Source of the DNA: Rotaria socialis
Taxonomy: Eukaryota
NCBI GenBank assembly: GCA_905331295.1
Contig: CAJNYD010000185.1
Location: 62,001-126,000 of the forward strand
Length of the DNA: 64,000 nucleotides
Reading direction: 5' to 3'
Shown: positions 61,243-64,000 of the stretch, piece after piece
Layout: every line of letters begins with the position of its first letter
Numbering within the stretch: position 1 is the first letter of the stretch
Notes under the pieces: generated by a model
Told to the model about the DNA's origin: nothing
The model's database searches: none
What the model saw: only the letters and a program-made list of their open reading frames with translations
Position numbers and translations under genes: made by a program

Positions 61243-64000
61243 TATTTTTAGATGTTAAATATTTAATAATATAACTTGTTCTCTTGAATAATAAATAATC
61301 ATTGTGTTATGCTTGATAAATCAGTTTAATTTTCCTTAATGAAAAATTGTGGAAGTCCGTCTTTTATTTAAATTAAAAAGACGATATTTGTTTTTGCACC
61401 TATTAACGGACAGGTGTTCTAGATGACGCTAATTGACAATTCAATTGTTCAAAATTGAAAACTAAAATTGATGAAACGTTCAAATTATTGGAAAAATAAA
61501 TTTTAAATGCTCTCAATCAACATAAAGAACTTTGTCAACGATGGCATCAGATGTTGTAAAACAACTATTTTTACTATTCTTTAAAAAAATGTGCTTTTAC
61601 TTTAACTGACCTTTACATACTTACATTTGTCCGTGAACTTACATTTAAACTTAAAATTACAAAAGAACTACTCAGATAGTGAGTATGGTTTTGGGTATTT
61701 TGTGTTGCTATAGCTTCCCCCCGAACAGCTAATCTCTGAAACAATTTTATTTTCACAATCAATAACTGTAAAAATTGACTTCGGTCTAAACTCTGATGTA
61801 TTTCGATACGCAAAAAATATTATAATTACGAAATTTTCTCGCTTTTCTCGCTATTAATAACTTGATATCAAAGAAAAAGTGTTGACACAAGCTGTTTGTT
61901 CAATTTCTAGCCACTTATCGACCACTGGAGAAAATTAGATGTCGTCATTTTCACCGACAAATTGACGTTTTGTTTAGATTTATTTTTTTAGTGGAGTTAC
62001 TTCAATTTAAATCATAAGAACATTTTTGTTTATATAACATCGTGTGTTGACTCGAACTTGAATGGATTTTAAAAGCTAAAACATGGAAACTTGAAGATAC
62101 ACGATCTATCGACGAGTGAAGAATATATTGTAGAAACATAGTTTTTATACATAAATTAGTTTCACATTAATACATATGACATATCTTAAAATAATTTGTA
62201 GCTTATTTCATCGTGATTAAATGTCAAATAAAATCCTATTTTTCGATCCTTATTTGAATGCAACACATTAGAAAAAAAAGCCACTTACTAGACAGTCAAG
62301 TTGTTTTGTTGGTTATACAATATCATTATGCAATTGGTACTGGGGATGTACGTGACACAATTGATGTTCTTTTTTCTCCGTCTTCTTCTTTAGATTGATT
62401 GCTGTTTAATTTTTTCTTATTTTGATTTCACATGATACGTGCGTAGACAAATGGAAGTACAAATTGAACTTTTCTAAGACTTCTCCGATGATGTCATTGT
62501 GTCTAGTAAAGAATATAATCACATAATTATCTTGTATCGATACAGTTGTTTTCCTGCTAGAATAATCAAAGCTAATCGTGTTATTTTATATAAATCAAGA
62601 CTATGCTATTTTTATAATAATCAAATCGATTATAAAATAATCGTTTGAATTTACTTCTCTGTCGTGATAATAGGTACTCAATGGTCAATATTTGTTATTT
62701 CTATATGACTTCATGATATTTTTTTTTTGTCGAAGACCTAAATATTGTTCATGTTATGAACATACTTGTGACAATATATATATATATATATAATATCCTA
62801 GCAATAGCACACAAACTGATTGAACATGTCCTCTTTCTTTTCTTTCTCATGTCACAAAATATAATTATACAAAAAAAAAAGAACATATATATCATCATCA
62901 TCATCACAAAATTTATCCTAATTTACTTTGGTGAAATAGGTGAGTACATATACTTGATTGCGTTAGATTTGAAGGTACAATCTCATATACTTGAATGATC
63001 TTATTCTCTTCTATATGTATGTATGTCTATTCATCAATCGATAATTATTTTTAAAAAGTGCACAGCTTGTCATTTCTGCTAAGATGATCACACATAATGA
63101 TGCATTCGACTACCTATTTTGATCAATATCGCAACTAATTCTCCCTCACTTTCACGGATTCACACTTATGAATTTGATAAAAACATAAATCACTATGCAT
63201 GTATCAAGGATTGTTCTATATTGATAATGACAGACAAGTATGTATTGAAATTTCGTCGAAAAACTAAAGAACGATATTTTGTTTTTATACAATTACTCAT
63301 TATACAAATAATCGCCAATAGACATAAATGTATTCATTTACTGCATTAATCAAAAATAAAAATAAAAATCTTTCTGTCCTGTCAACGAGCTTTTAGTAGT
63401 GAGACAAATGAAACATAAAGATGGTAGACGATGGTCAATAAAAGTGATAGAAACCAGATGAAATTAACGTAAGACGATTAGAAAAATACAATGGCAATCT
63501 TGTTTATTTTGTGTACAATCGCCTATAAAGTAAGAATTGAGATTTATTGAAAGGCCATCGATGAAGAAAGAAAACTTCTTTCTCTTTTCTTTTTCAAGGA
63601 TCTTGCATAAAGTTATTCACTTAATGGTTATGCATTTTACTCTGTTCATTTGAATTGCATTTAGATGATGCAATCATCATTCACTTGACAAATCGACAGC
63701 AGGGAATAAGTCACTCTACATCCTGGGGTTGAATTTGTTATTTCGTTTTCTTTTCTCGTAATATCATAGCTATCTATTAGTGTCTTTTCTTTTGTTCTCT
63801 CGTCTCAAACCGATACGAGGAATATCAAGATTCATCTACGTATATGAATAACAATTGAAATAGGATACTTGACTGAAAATATAAAATGACTTACCTTGAC
63901 CCTGACATTTGTTTTTGATTATTAGAAACCGAAACTATCATTCTATTCAAAGAATACACAAAGAAAAACGACCCATATTGTTCATTTGTCAGACGTCGCG

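Noticed and set aside
63680..64000. Minus-strand exons at the window end
   Set aside because: Donor and acceptor signals are present, but no consistent open frame could be built within the window.

Overview
This is AT-rich eukaryotic DNA with many short (about 50-65 nt) GT-AG introns. Intron style, gene content and repeats suggest a microinvertebrate, most likely a bdelloid rotifer (inference). Conserved animal genes: glucosylceramide synthase (UGCG), a phospholipid scramblase, an F-BAR-only PACSIN/syndapin-like gene, YIF1, a NET1/ARHGEF3-like RhoGEF, IQCH and synaptotagmin-1, which carries an intronic tRNA-Thr(CGT). Accessory content: an intronless membrane-anchored class I SAM methyltransferase of non-metazoan type, a secreted knottin (ICK) precursor with an amidation signal, and a convergent four-exon pseudogene that fuses a bacterial-type YbaY/YscW domain to a potato inhibitor I (I13) protease-inhibitor domain. 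There are also several orphan ORFs, non-autonomous DNA transposons (hAT MITEs with 8-bp TSDs, a mariner-like palindrome, CCC..GGG elements, a DINE-1-like Helentron element), a near-perfect 264-bp intronic foldback, and one 391-N assembly gap. All family assignments come from recognising motifs by eye; no searches were run.
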